From a virus (lineage: Duplodnaviria; Caudoviricetes), in the IMG/VR virus record IMGVR_UViG_3300012953_000099, positions 1 to 34,207 of that record: DNA of 34,207 bases, one strand, 5' to 3'. Made by a program: the position numbers and the translations under genes. The notes under the pieces were generated by a model, which was given only the letters and a program-made list of their open reading frames with translations, had not been told where the DNA came from and made no database searches. Below, in pieces: positions 1 through 8,734 of this stretch; the stretch's first letter is position 1; each line of letters starts with the position of its first letter.

Positions 1-186
1 AAGGGTTCTAAAAGAAGAAACTCAGACGAAAAGAAATATGCGGAATCGTGGGAACGAATCTTCGGTAAACCTCAACCTAAAATAAAGTCTCGCAAAGAGA
101 CTCCTTCACATGCATCTACTCAGGTGCATAAAGATAAAACAAAAGTTATTCCTCGTAAAGAGAAGTATTACGATAAGTTAGATTAG
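1..186 (+). CDS. Partial (5'-truncated) small basic hypothetical phage protein
   Basis: Not in the ORF track. Frame 1 is open from base 1: KGSKRRNSDEKKYAESWERIFGKPQPKIKSRKETPSHASTQVHKDKTKVIPRKEKYYDKLD, TAG at 184-186, overlapping the stop of the convergent minus-strand gene. Confidence 0.6.
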   Translation, partial: KGSKRRNSDEKKYAESWERIFGKPQPKIKSRKETPSHASTQVHKDKTKVIPRKEKYYDKLD

Positions 187-2267
187 TAATCGACGCCTTC
201 TATCATTTGATAGTATCGGTCATTCTCGTCTCTTGCAGAACTAGTATCATTCATTATATTTGTTGAAGAGTTATTATTGTTCTGTTGAACTATTTGTTGA
301 GCTGCTTGAGCGGCAACTGAATCATCTGGTCTAGCTGCTATTGTCGCAGCGTCTATTGCACCACCTCTTTCTGCAATTGCATCTTGTGTAAACTCCATAG
401 CTAAACTTGGGTCGGTACCATCTGCAAGAGCTACAGCACCTGCATCCATAGCTGCCTTAGCTTCATCATAATCTGCAATAATAGATTTTCTACTCTCTAA
501 TTCTTTTTGAATAGCTTCATATGATTCTGCAGCTATGTCATCATCATTAAGTATTGCTTCTAATTGATTTGTAGGTGCAGTCTTAACCATATCTAAGTTA
601 ACGAGTGATGCTCTTAAACCTCTTTTAGTATAAAGTCCTGATTCTTCCGCACCCTCCTGGCCTGCCTCTTGTTCTTCTTCGGTCATTTCTGGTGCTTCTT
701 CACCACTGCCGAAGATTAGTCTAACTGCCCAATCTGGTAAAATTTTCTTTGCCATATCTGATATGAATTTACCAATATCAATACCAAAGACATTCTTAAA
801 GAAATCACCGATTGCCTTGAATGGTGCCTTGATTAAATCCCAAATACCACCAAACATATCTTTAAGACCACCGAACATCATGTCGAAGTCACCTGTAAAT
901 AGACCTTTAAAGAAGTCAAAGAATCCGCCAAAGATTTTAAATATTGAATCTTTGATATCTATGAAGTATTGTATAACTGTATCAACAGCAGCTTTAAATT
1001 TCTCAGACTCTTCATACAGTTTCATACCTGCCAAGACTAAACCAACGATAGCTATACCTGCAAGTATATATGGAGCAGCTGCTAATAACATACCACCTGC
1101 AGTCATTAATAAACCACCTATAAACGCAGCGGCACCAGTAGCGAATGCAGTTAGTGTTGTCATCAATGCCGTTCCCGCAGCTGCGAGTGAAGTTCCTACG
1201 GCCGTGAATGCACCTCGAAGAGCCGTCATGCCACCTTTAAGCATTCCACCTAAAGATTTTTTAAGACTTCCCGCAGCTTTTCCGATTCCCTTTCCTGCAT
1301 CTTGCATTACTCTTCCAAGATTACCCATAATCTTATCACCTAAGACTCCATCTCCACCAAAAACTTTACCTAGTGCATTTAACTTCTTGGTTGCACCATC
1401 AAATGCTCCCATGATATCCATACCTGTAAGTTCTTTAAGACCATCAGAGAAGTTTGAAAGTCCTTCCATTTGAGTTTCTTTAGACTTATCAATAGCAGCT
1501 TTTAATTCTTCAGCCGCACTTTTTTGATGTTCATGAATAGATGTTAATGACTTCTCATGTTCTTCAACAAAGAAACTTCTTCCTTTCATCTCTTGGTCTA
1601 AGAAGCCTCGTTCTTTACTAAATTTTTCAGTTAAGATTTTATCTTGTTGTGCCTCTTGTTCTGCAAGAGCGTTTTTGGCTTGTGTGAGTTCTGCTTGAAG
1701 TCTAAAGTCTAATTTTTGAATCTCATTTTCACCTGCTTTCTTTTCTGCATCTCTAACGGCTTGCATTGCATCAGCGAGGGCAGATTCTTTTTCAGATGCC
1801 ATTGCTGTATCTAAGTCAGTAATCTTTTGTTGAGTTTCTGCTTGTCTTATTAATGAGTCTCTTCTAAGTTTAGTAAACTTCTCTTCTTCTTTTTCAAGAC
1901 CTTGCATTCTTGCAACTTGGCCACCAAAAACTTCTGATAGAATATCTTGTTGTTCTTCGGTTAGATTACTCCAACCCTTTTCTGCCATTTCAGTAGCAGC
2001 GGACATACCTTTGATAAGGTCTCTATTAAGAACGGCACCTTTAAATGTATCGGCAGATAGACCTTTAAACTCAGAAACAATTTTAGCTGCCTCTGGTCTC
2101 GTTTGAGCTAGACTAGAAATAACATTCTTAAACTCTTTTGTTGTTCCAACTGTAGACTCTTCTAAGTCTTTATTGAACTCATCACGAATGCTTCTTTCTT
2201 TATCTTTGGCCTGTTTAAGTTCGTCTACTAACTGTTGTCGAACCTTTTTTATTTCGTCATCTGCCAT
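183..2267 (-). CDS. Putative tape measure / tail length determinant (T4 gp29-like position)
   Basis: 694 aa: long coiled-coil N-half, Gly/Ala-rich hydrophobic segment, amphipathic F/W repeats (IFGGFFDFFKGLFTGDF), C-terminal QQNNNNSSTN tail; lies downstream of gp26/gp51-like genes. Confidence 0.7.
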   Translation of the reverse strand: MADDEIKKVRQQLVDELKQAKDKERSIRDEFNKDLEESTVGTTKEFKNVISSLAQTRPEAAKIVSEFKGLSADTFKGAVLNRDLIKGMSAATEMAEKGWSNLTEEQQDILSEVFGGQVARMQGLEKEEEKFTKLRRDSLIRQAETQQKITDLDTAMASEKESALADAMQAVRDAEKKAGENEIQKLDFRLQAELTQAKNALAEQEAQQDKILTEKFSKERGFLDQEMKGRSFFVEEHEKSLTSIHEHQKSAAEELKAAIDKSKETQMEGLSNFSDGLKELTGMDIMGAFDGATKKLNALGKVFGGDGVLGDKIMGNLGRVMQDAGKGIGKAAGSLKKSLGGMLKGGMTALRGAFTAVGTSLAAAGTALMTTLTAFATGAAAFIGGLLMTAGGMLLAAAPYILAGIAIVGLVLAGMKLYEESEKFKAAVDTVIQYFIDIKDSIFKIFGGFFDFFKGLFTGDFDMMFGGLKDMFGGIWDLIKAPFKAIGDFFKNVFGIDIGKFISDMAKKILPDWAVRLIFGSGEEAPEMTEEEQEAGQEGAEESGLYTKRGLRASLVNLDMVKTAPTNQLEAILNDDDIAAESYEAIQKELESRKSIIADYDEAKAAMDAGAVALADGTDPSLAMEFTQDAIAERGGAIDAATIAARPDDSVAAQAAQQIVQQNNNNSSTNIMNDTSSARDENDRYYQMIEGVDY

Positions 2268-2279
2268 TTAAATTTTCCT

Positions 2280-2657
2280 TTATTTTCCGAATGCTTTTCC
2301 AGCTTCAGATATTCCAAATGCACCTAAAGTCACAACTACAAATGATGTATAAATTGTTTCAGAGACTTTTAAGTCTAAATCCCAAACTAGTGCTGTGACT
2401 AAGTCTGTTATACCGAAACACATCATTAAAAAGAATGAAATAAATCCTATGATTGCCTTTTCATTCAAGTCGTTGTCATCTAAGAACAAGTCTATAAACT
2501 TTCTTTTAGGTGGGTCGAGTTGCAACTTGGCCTTTCTAGCCTCTTCTTGCATCTCTTTGATTTTGTCTTCTGATTCGTCTAGTTTTTCGATAAGAGCCAT
2601 ATACTTATCTAAATCAATTTCCACCTCATTTCTGCTTAAATCTTTTTCGTCTGCCAT
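2280..2657 (-). CDS. Small membrane protein (N-terminal coiled coil, two predicted TM helices); function unknown, holin-like size
   Basis: 125 aa; hydrophobic runs AIIGFISFFLMMCFGITDLV and IYTSFVVVTLGAFGI; GAGGAG Shine-Dalgarno upstream on the minus strand. Confidence 0.65.
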   Translation of the reverse strand: MADEKDLSRNEVEIDLDKYMALIEKLDESEDKIKEMQEEARKAKLQLDPPKRKFIDLFLDDNDLNEKAIIGFISFFLMMCFGITDLVTALVWDLDLKVSETIYTSFVVVTLGAFGISEAGKAFGK

Positions 2658-2698
2658 TTTCTACTCCTCATAGTTAATCACGGCACACATAATATAAG

Positions 2699-2887
2699 TT
2701 AATTGTATTTTTTATTATCCTGTCTTTGCTTTTCTTGTTCTAAGTAGTTCAAGAGAAGATTCGTATAAATCTCCCTTTCCCACGGCATCATATCTTCTAA
2801 TTCTGTTAATGAATAATTATGATGTTGCATCATTTGAAAGTTAGTGTTATAATAATTAAACACCGACTCGTGTGAAAGGGCTATTAA
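2699..2887 (-). CDS. gp51: gp51-like baseplate hub assembly catalyst; probably expressed as a -1 frameshift extension of the gp26-like gene (alternative starts GTG 2863 or ATG 2833)
   Basis: Not in the ORF track. Read by hand: LIALSHESVFNYYNTNFQMMQHHNYSLTELEDMMPWEREIYTNLLLNYLEQEKQRQDNKKYN*; NF.MMQ.H.YSL.E.E.M.PWER.IY is the hallmark of the small gp51-like ORF of marine T4-like phages. Confidence 0.8.
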   Translation of the reverse strand, partial: LIALSHESVFNYYNTNFQMMQHHNYSLTELEDMMPWEREIYTNLLLNYLEQEKQRQDNKKYN

Positions 2888-3585
2888 AAAAAATTTTGTA
2901 GCCCTTGTAGAACTCTACTTTGTTTAGTTCCACATAGTTCACATTTAAATTCTACTTCCTTTTGTAGTTTAGGAGCATTCTCAAAGAAGTTAGATAATTT
3001 ACCTAGTTGGTCCATAGTTAAGTTTTCAATAAACTCATCTACATCCTCATCGGTAATATCGTTCCTTTCGTAGACACTTTCTGAATCAAAAATCCTATCT
3101 ACAGATTTATTTAATAGATAGAATATGACTTCGTTCTCAGGCATTTCAGCAACACCTTTTGTATCTCCTACTTTGAGTAATCTCAAAACTACTCCAACAT
3201 CATCACTAATCATTATAGTATTATCAGGTATTTCACCATTTACTTCTACTTCTTCAAAGTTAATAAGTGCATCTCCTGTTCCTGAGCAGTCATTTTCTTG
3301 ACATTTCATTTTAACAGTTGCAGATTCACCAACAGATTTTGAACGAATCTGAATGAACAACCATTCAAGGTCGACCATTGCAAGTTCATTCGAATCTACT
3401 TCTCCAAAGGTAACAGTATTAATCATATTTTTGACAGCTTCAAGTGACTCTTCTTGGTCGTCGCCTTCTTTTGCCAACATCAATACCTTTTGTTCTTTTA
3501 CAAGAAAAGGTCGGAACTTTATTTCACGACCATCACTTGGTAGCATCGTCTTATAAGTCGGTGCTGATTGGATTGGTAATCCCAT
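2884..3585 (-). CDS. gp26: Baseplate hub subunit / assembly chaperone (gp26-like, T4_baseplate family)
   Basis: MGLP...LPS...IKFRPFLVKEQKVL, IRSKSVGE, CQENDC and CELCG Cys pairs, C-terminal LQGLQNFF. Confidence 0.88.
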   Translation of the reverse strand: MGLPIQSAPTYKTMLPSDGREIKFRPFLVKEQKVLMLAKEGDDQEESLEAVKNMINTVTFGEVDSNELAMVDLEWLFIQIRSKSVGESATVKMKCQENDCSGTGDALINFEEVEVNGEIPDNTIMISDDVGVVLRLLKVGDTKGVAEMPENEVIFYLLNKSVDRIFDSESVYERNDITDEDVDEFIENLTMDQLGKLSNFFENAPKLQKEVEFKCELCGTKQSRVLQGLQNFF

Positions 3586-3611
3586 AATTTACTCCATAAT
3601 TTTATACTAGG

Positions 3612-4325
3612 TTATCCTAGTAGTCCACTAAGTCTTGACCCAGCAGAATCTAAATCGTTTAGTTTACCTAACATGTCTTTAGATTTACCATTGAATCGAC
3701 TTGCGACAGTAAGACTCTCTCTTGCTAAATCAAGATATCGTCTCCCTTTATTTAGTACCGAAAGTTTAGGTGCTTTACCATATTCGGTATCAAAAGTTTT
3801 AAATGCAAATTTGCATGTAAATTTCATTAACGCTGCATCTCCCATTGTAAGAGGCATTGGTTCGTAAGAGATTGGAAATGCATCATAGAATTTATACTTT
3901 AATGCCATTGAATCATCTCTTCTAAATTGTTCTATTTCTATTGTTCCGTAATAATCTTTTGGATATTTAAAGATTGGTTTAATACTATTACCGTCTTCTT
4001 CTGTAAAGATAGAAGATTGCCATGCTTCGATAATGTATCTATCAAAGAAACTTGAATCACAAAGAAATGCAAAGTCTACTTCATTTGTATTGTTTACTTG
4101 TGTTACTTTCTTTGTAGTTGTTCCTGTTGTATGAAAATCTTTTGTTGTTAAACTTCTTCCTGGAAGAGACGCAGTTTCACATCTAATTCCTTCAACACTA
4201 AAATTACCTCCTGGTCCAAAAATGTTGACTGCAAATCTATTACTCAGAGCACCAGCATCAAAGTTTCCTTTTATCTTATCGACACTTGATTTACTATTTT
4301 TAAATATATTATTAAAAAAATCCAC
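3612..4325 (-). CDS. Tail tube-fold protein, probable baseplate tail tube initiator (gp54-like)
   Basis: NRFAV, CETASLPGRSL, YPKDYYGTIEIEQF, FYDAFPIS motifs of the gp19/gp54 tube family; GTG start overlaps the gp2 stop (TAGTG). Confidence 0.7.
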   Translation of the reverse strand: MDFFNNIFKNSKSSVDKIKGNFDAGALSNRFAVNIFGPGGNFSVEGIRCETASLPGRSLTTKDFHTTGTTTKKVTQVNNTNEVDFAFLCDSSFFDRYIIEAWQSSIFTEEDGNSIKPIFKYPKDYYGTIEIEQFRRDDSMALKYKFYDAFPISYEPMPLTMGDAALMKFTCKFAFKTFDTEYGKAPKLSVLNKGRRYLDLARESLTVASRFNGKSKDMLGKLNDLDSAGSRLSGLLG

Positions 4326-4900
4326 TAAAATTTCTCCCTACTTTCTGCATATACTGTATTTGCATTTACATTAAACTGTTGAGATGGTAACATCACCATC
4401 ATGTCCCAATAATCCATAGGTATTTCTGATATCCTAGAATCTATATGACTGAATAGATATCTCTTTACACATGGTTTTGCATACCTAAGTGTTGAAACTG
4501 ATTTTATTAACTGATAAGATAACATAACTCGTCTCTCTTCATCGTTATCAGTCTCCATTGCAATTTCATATAGACTTAAAAGTAATGGTGTTCGATATCT
4601 AGGTGCAATATAGTGTAGATTTATACCCATAAAGCCGTCAGATAACAAATCAAAGCAAATTATGAGTGGGAATCTATCCCAATAAGGCATTGTTTGTTTG
4701 TATTTTGCATCATAGAGATACATATACATTTTACCTAACTCAGGTCTCGCTACTACTGGAAAATCATCATCAGTTAGTAACTTATTTACTGGTTGTCTTA
4801 TCTTTCTAAGTCTTAATTTAAACCAATCTAAACTTTCTTGACTTCTCCTTTCTGTTTCAAGTGGAGTTTCACTTTGTATTTGTTCAAGTAAGTCTAACAT
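4325..4900 (-). CDS. gp2: DNA end protector protein
   Basis: GKMYMYLYDAKYK..MPYWDRFPLI, GFMGINLHYI, KPCVKRYL motifs typical of T4 gp2; adjacent to gp4. Confidence 0.9.
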   Translation of the reverse strand: MLDLLEQIQSETPLETERRSQESLDWFKLRLRKIRQPVNKLLTDDDFPVVARPELGKMYMYLYDAKYKQTMPYWDRFPLIICFDLLSDGFMGINLHYIAPRYRTPLLLSLYEIAMETDNDEERRVMLSYQLIKSVSTLRYAKPCVKRYLFSHIDSRISEIPMDYWDMMVMLPSQQFNVNANTVYAESREKF

Positions 4901-4906
4901 ACATAC

Positions 4907-4914
4907 TATTTATG
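4907..4914 (-). promoter_or_regulatory. T4-type late promoter variant (CATAAATA) for gp2
   Basis: TATTTATG on + strand, 6 nt before the gp2 start; one mismatch to TATAAATA. Confidence 0.55.
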
Positions 4915-4916
4915 TA

Positions 4917-5348
4917 TTATGTAAGGTGGTCTTCAGTTAAAATTCGAAATTTTAGCTTTCTTTCTTTACAAAAGTCTTCGGCCGCTTTAAATTTTGCTTG
5001 ATTTATGGCATATGTAGCAACTTCGTTGAGATATCTCTTAGTTTGTCGTTTAGGAGGCTTCGGAGGCAGTAATTGTTTCTTCGGTTTGACTTCAATCACT
5101 TCTCTTACTGTTTGACCAGAGGAATTTACATATTTTATGTAAAAATCGGGGAAATAACGATGAACTCTCTTGTCTAAAGGTGATTTATAAGGAATTACAA
5201 CTTCCTCACTTCCCCATTCGATGACATTTTCGTTATTATCGCAATAAACCATGAATCTACGCTCCCATAGCGAACGATAGAAGATTTTTGTTGGGTCTCC
5301 TTTGTATTTTTTATAGTTCTTTGGTTTAAACTTACCACTGTATGACAT
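4917..5348 (-). CDS. gp4: Head completion protein (TnsA-like nuclease fold)
   Basis: YSGKFKPKNYKKYKGDPTKIFYRSLWERRFM, HRYFPDFY, IEVKPKKQ, FRILTEDHL match the T4 gp4 family. Confidence 0.93.
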   Translation of the reverse strand: MSYSGKFKPKNYKKYKGDPTKIFYRSLWERRFMVYCDNNENVIEWGSEEVVIPYKSPLDKRVHRYFPDFYIKYVNSSGQTVREVIEVKPKKQLLPPKPPKRQTKRYLNEVATYAINQAKFKAAEDFCKERKLKFRILTEDHLT

Positions 5349-5353
5349 AAATA
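5346..5353 (+). promoter_or_regulatory. T4-type late promoter variant (CATAAATA) for gp48 operon
   Basis: CATAAATA 30 nt upstream of the gp48 ATG; overlaps the gp4 start codon on the other strand. Confidence 0.55.
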
Positions 5354-5376
5354 GATGTATATAACTCGTTTAAGGA

Positions 5377-5384
5377 TATTTATA
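5377..5384 (-). promoter_or_regulatory. T4 late promoter (TATAAATA) for gp4-gp2 operon
   Basis: TATTTATA on + strand is a perfect consensus on -, 28 nt upstream of the gp4 ATG. Confidence 0.7.
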
Positions 5385-6568
5385 TGCCCAACATTAACAA
5401 AATTTTAAGTAAAGTAAACCAGGCAAAATCAGCAGTTTCTAGTGCAAAAGGAATCAAGTCTAAACTTTCAAGTATTAACTATACCTCAGTAATCAACTCA
5501 AATGAGTTAGAAGCACAAGCTGAAATTGCAAAACAGACTTTAGATAAAAGAAAAGCATCTTTACAGAAGTCTTTAGATGCAAACAATACTGCAAAGAACA
5601 AGGCAAAGAAATCTCCAGATTCAGCATACATAGAATTGCAATATCCTAGAGATGAACTACACGATAACTATATCGTATTTAGAAGTAGACAAAGAATCAA
5701 TCGTCAAAGAAGAAGTGAAGACGGTAAAATGAAACAGGCGACTGGTGTTGGTATGAGTGCTGATTCAAATAGAGCATCTTTGATGAATACGGCAGACTCA
5801 CAAGTAGAAATTGCATTACACATTCCTTTAACATTAGAATCGGACGCTGCTGTTAAGTATTCTGCTAAAGATGTTGGTTCACTTGCAAGAGGAGTTCAAC
5901 AAGGTGGTGCTGGTGGATTTATTCAAGGTATGATTCAAGGACTATCACAAGCTGGTCAAAAGTTATTAAACAGTATGACTGGTAATGCAATGTTTATTAT
6001 GCAAGGTAAAGCAGTTAACCCTATGCAAGAAATGTCATTAGAGGGTATCGACTTCAGAACACTATCTTTTTCATATACAATGTCACCAACATCTGCTGAA
6101 GAGGCAGATATGATTAGAGATATTGTTTACTATTTCAAAACTGCAATGTTACCTGATACATACCCAGCGTTAGGTGCTGGTCAGTCAGATGCAGAAGGAT
6201 TCTTCAACTATCCAAATACATGGACTGCAGAATTAGAAGGACCAATTGCAACGAGAGTTGATGGTTATCTTCCAATGGTTTTACAAAACTGTAAAGTTGT
6301 ATATGAAGGAGATTCAACATCAATGACTTTCTTCAAAGATGGACAACCAACAAGTGTTAAAATGGACTTACAATTCCAAGAACTCAAAATACTTACACAA
6401 GAAGCTTATCAAGAAATTACTGCTCATCCAAATGGTGCAAAATCAGGACTTAAATCTATGCCTAGTATCATTGACCAAAATGCAACAGGTGATACAACGA
6501 ATATCGAAGCAGGAGAAGCTGCTGAACAGGCAGTCAAAGAGAACTCAGAAGATAAGAAAAATCCATAA
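5384..6568 (+). CDS. gp48: Baseplate tail tube cap
   Basis: LQYP, NPMQEMSLEGIDFRTLSFSYTMSP.S.EEA..I..IV.YFK..MLP, FFNYP, DGQPTSV.M.LQFQE motifs; precedes gp53. Confidence 0.85.
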   Translation: MPNINKILSKVNQAKSAVSSAKGIKSKLSSINYTSVINSNELEAQAEIAKQTLDKRKASLQKSLDANNTAKNKAKKSPDSAYIELQYPRDELHDNYIVFRSRQRINRQRRSEDGKMKQATGVGMSADSNRASLMNTADSQVEIALHIPLTLESDAAVKYSAKDVGSLARGVQQGGAGGFIQGMIQGLSQAGQKLLNSMTGNAMFIMQGKAVNPMQEMSLEGIDFRTLSFSYTMSPTSAEEADMIRDIVYYFKTAMLPDTYPALGAGQSDAEGFFNYPNTWTAELEGPIATRVDGYLPMVLQNCKVVYEGDSTSMTFFKDGQPTSVKMDLQFQELKILTQEAYQEITAHPNGAKSGLKSMPSIIDQNATGDTTNIEAGEAAEQAVKENSEDKKNP

Positions 6569-6578
6569 GGTATAAAAT

Positions 6579-7289
6579 ATGTCAAATCAATTATTCAAAA
6601 ACTTTCCAGAAATACAATACACTTTATCAACAGGTAAAATTGTTACCATAAAAGACTTCTTTAGAAAGTCTATGATTGAACAAGATGCCGTTAATAGTGT
6701 AATTAGTTACACATATTATGAGATACAAGATGGTGAAAGACCTGATGTAGTTGCAGATAGATTATATGGTGATAGTGAATTGCATTGGACATTCTTCTTA
6801 GTCAATGATATGGATAACTATTATCAATGGCATAAAGATAATGTCACATTTGAAAAATACATCAATGAAATGTATCCCGAATATTGGTTAATTGCAAGTG
6901 ATTCAACAGACATAGTATCTTCATCAAGTAAGTGGTTATTAGGTGAGATTATCGAATCATCTTCACAAAAAGGAAATGTCATCTCAGTTCAACCCACATT
7001 CAATAGGATAGGTGTTGCAGGTGGAAGTTGGAATGCAAATGATGTAGTCACAGGAAAAGTAAGTGGTAAATCATTTACTGTATCATCAGTTGTAAACGGA
7101 CCTGATGGTATTGACCACTATGTTAATTCAGAAGGACACAAAAGAAATAATTTAACAACAGGTTTTACACCTGTCACATATTACACACATGATTATGAAC
7201 AGAATGAGACTAATAGAAAAATAAAGGTTATTAGACCTGAATATATAAGAAGAGTTGTTTCAGAATTTGAAAAAGTAATGGCATCATAA
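6579..7289 (+). CDS. gp53: Baseplate wedge subunit (LysM-like)
   Basis: FKNFPEIQY, YEIQDGERPDVVADRLYGDSELHW, NE..RKIKVIRPEY motifs. Confidence 0.9.
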   Translation: MSNQLFKNFPEIQYTLSTGKIVTIKDFFRKSMIEQDAVNSVISYTYYEIQDGERPDVVADRLYGDSELHWTFFLVNDMDNYYQWHKDNVTFEKYINEMYPEYWLIASDSTDIVSSSSKWLLGEIIESSSQKGNVISVQPTFNRIGVAGGSWNANDVVTGKVSGKSFTVSSVVNGPDGIDHYVNSEGHKRNNLTTGFTPVTYYTHDYEQNETNRKIKVIRPEYIRRVVSEFEKVMAS

Positions 7290-8734
7290 TGGCAGAATCC
7301 CCACTAAAACAAGGAGAATTCTTAGTAGAATCCTTTGCATTAATAAACCAATTTGGTGAGACTTTAGATATCTCAGGTATAGTTGGTGAATTCTCAATGT
7401 CTGAGAGTATACATCGGAAGTTTGCAACAGGTGTCGTTGGTATTGTTGATGGTCTTAATCTATTAAAGAACTATCGTTTTACTGGCCAAGAGTTTATTCG
7501 TATATCACTAAAACAAAAAGAAGGAATGGGAGATACTGCAGATGCATTATACAGTATTGATAAAACATTCAGAGTATTCAAGGCTGATAGAATATCAAGA
7601 CAATCAGAAAAAATTCAATCGTATCTATTAAGTTTATGTGAACCTAGAGTATTCAATCTTAGAAGAACAAGATTGAGTAGAACATTAAGAGGTTCTTATG
7701 ATGACATGTTAGAGAATATCTTAGTAAATGAAGCAAAGATTCCTATGGAAGAATTTGACCATTGGGAAGAAACTAAACCAGATAACTTTCAATTCATAGT
7801 TCCTAATTGGACTACAAATCGTATTATAGATTATTGTGTTAAAAATGCAAACATAGGTGGTCAGACTAATTATAGAAATGCTATGTTCTTCTTTCAAACA
7901 TTAAATGGTGGGTTTAGATTTAAATCGATTGATGAAATGTTTGCACAAGAATTCCCTGTTGCATTCAGTATGAAACCTAGAAACTCATCTCCAACAGAAG
8001 ACATGGACTTAAATGCTCCTGGAGGTTTGAACAGTCAGATTCTTAGTTATAGAAAACCTCAAATGTTTGATACATTAAAAGGAACGATATCTGGTGCTTA
8101 TGCATCTCATATGAAAGTCTATGACCCTTTGCGTAAATTAGAATCAGAAGAACTTTATGATATGGAAGAGACATGGAAGAGAGGTAAACACCTTTCAGGT
8201 CATCCTATGATTCATAATGGTGAATATGAGTATACATTTACTGCAGAAAACTCTGTAGGTGAAGGAGAACCACCACAATATAGTGAATTAGATGTTGACT
8301 TGCCTCCAAACCAGCATTTTAACGCGTTTTTCATTGAGGCATCTGATATGAGACATTCATATGATGACAGTGCAGATATGACAGCACAAGAACTTTTCAG
8401 AGGAAAAGAGAATAGAGATAATGCAACATTAGAAAGAATTGCACTTATGGAAATTTTGTCTCAACATAGAATAGTTGTGACAGTTCCTTTTAGAACAGAT
8501 ATGAATGTTGGTCAAATTATTCAATTATCTTTACCAGCTGCGGAACCAACATCAGAAAGTGATACTTCAGATAAGTTAAATGATGACAGATATTTGGTAA
8601 CAGATTTAAAACTAGTTGGTGACCCAACACAATTAACAGGCACGATGACAATGGAATGTGTTAAAGAATCTTATATGGATAAAGTAGAGAATGCAACACC
8701 ATTAGATAATACTGCAACACCGAGAGAAGTATGA
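7289..8734 (+). CDS. Probable baseplate hub protein (gp27-like)
   Basis: 481 aa between gp53 and gp5; FFFQTLNGGFRFKSIDEM, VGQIIQLSLP, RYLVTDL motifs of contractile-tail hub proteins; translationally coupled on both sides (TAATG, ATGA). Confidence 0.65.
   Translation: MAESPLKQGEFLVESFALINQFGETLDISGIVGEFSMSESIHRKFATGVVGIVDGLNLLKNYRFTGQEFIRISLKQKEGMGDTADALYSIDKTFRVFKADRISRQSEKIQSYLLSLCEPRVFNLRRTRLSRTLRGSYDDMLENILVNEAKIPMEEFDHWEETKPDNFQFIVPNWTTNRIIDYCVKNANIGGQTNYRNAMFFFQTLNGGFRFKSIDEMFAQEFPVAFSMKPRNSSPTEDMDLNAPGGLNSQILSYRKPQMFDTLKGTISGAYASHMKVYDPLRKLESEELYDMEETWKRGKHLSGHPMIHNGEYEYTFTAENSVGEGEPPQYSELDVDLPPNQHFNAFFIEASDMRHSYDDSADMTAQELFRGKENRDNATLERIALMEILSQHRIVVTVPFRTDMNVGQIIQLSLPAAEPTSESDTSDKLNDDRYLVTDLKLVGDPTQLTGTMTMECVKESYMDKVENATPLDNTATPREV

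Noticed and set aside
763-1473. 236-aa plus-strand ORF
   Set aside because: Antisense shadow of the tape measure gene; Pro/Ile-rich composition expected from reverse-read Gly/hydrophobic codons, with no SD or family motif.
4917-5348. TnsA-like nuclease as evidence of a Tn7 element or homing endonuclease
   Set aside because: Sequence and position match the core T4 gp4 head completion gene; no transposon ends or partner genes.
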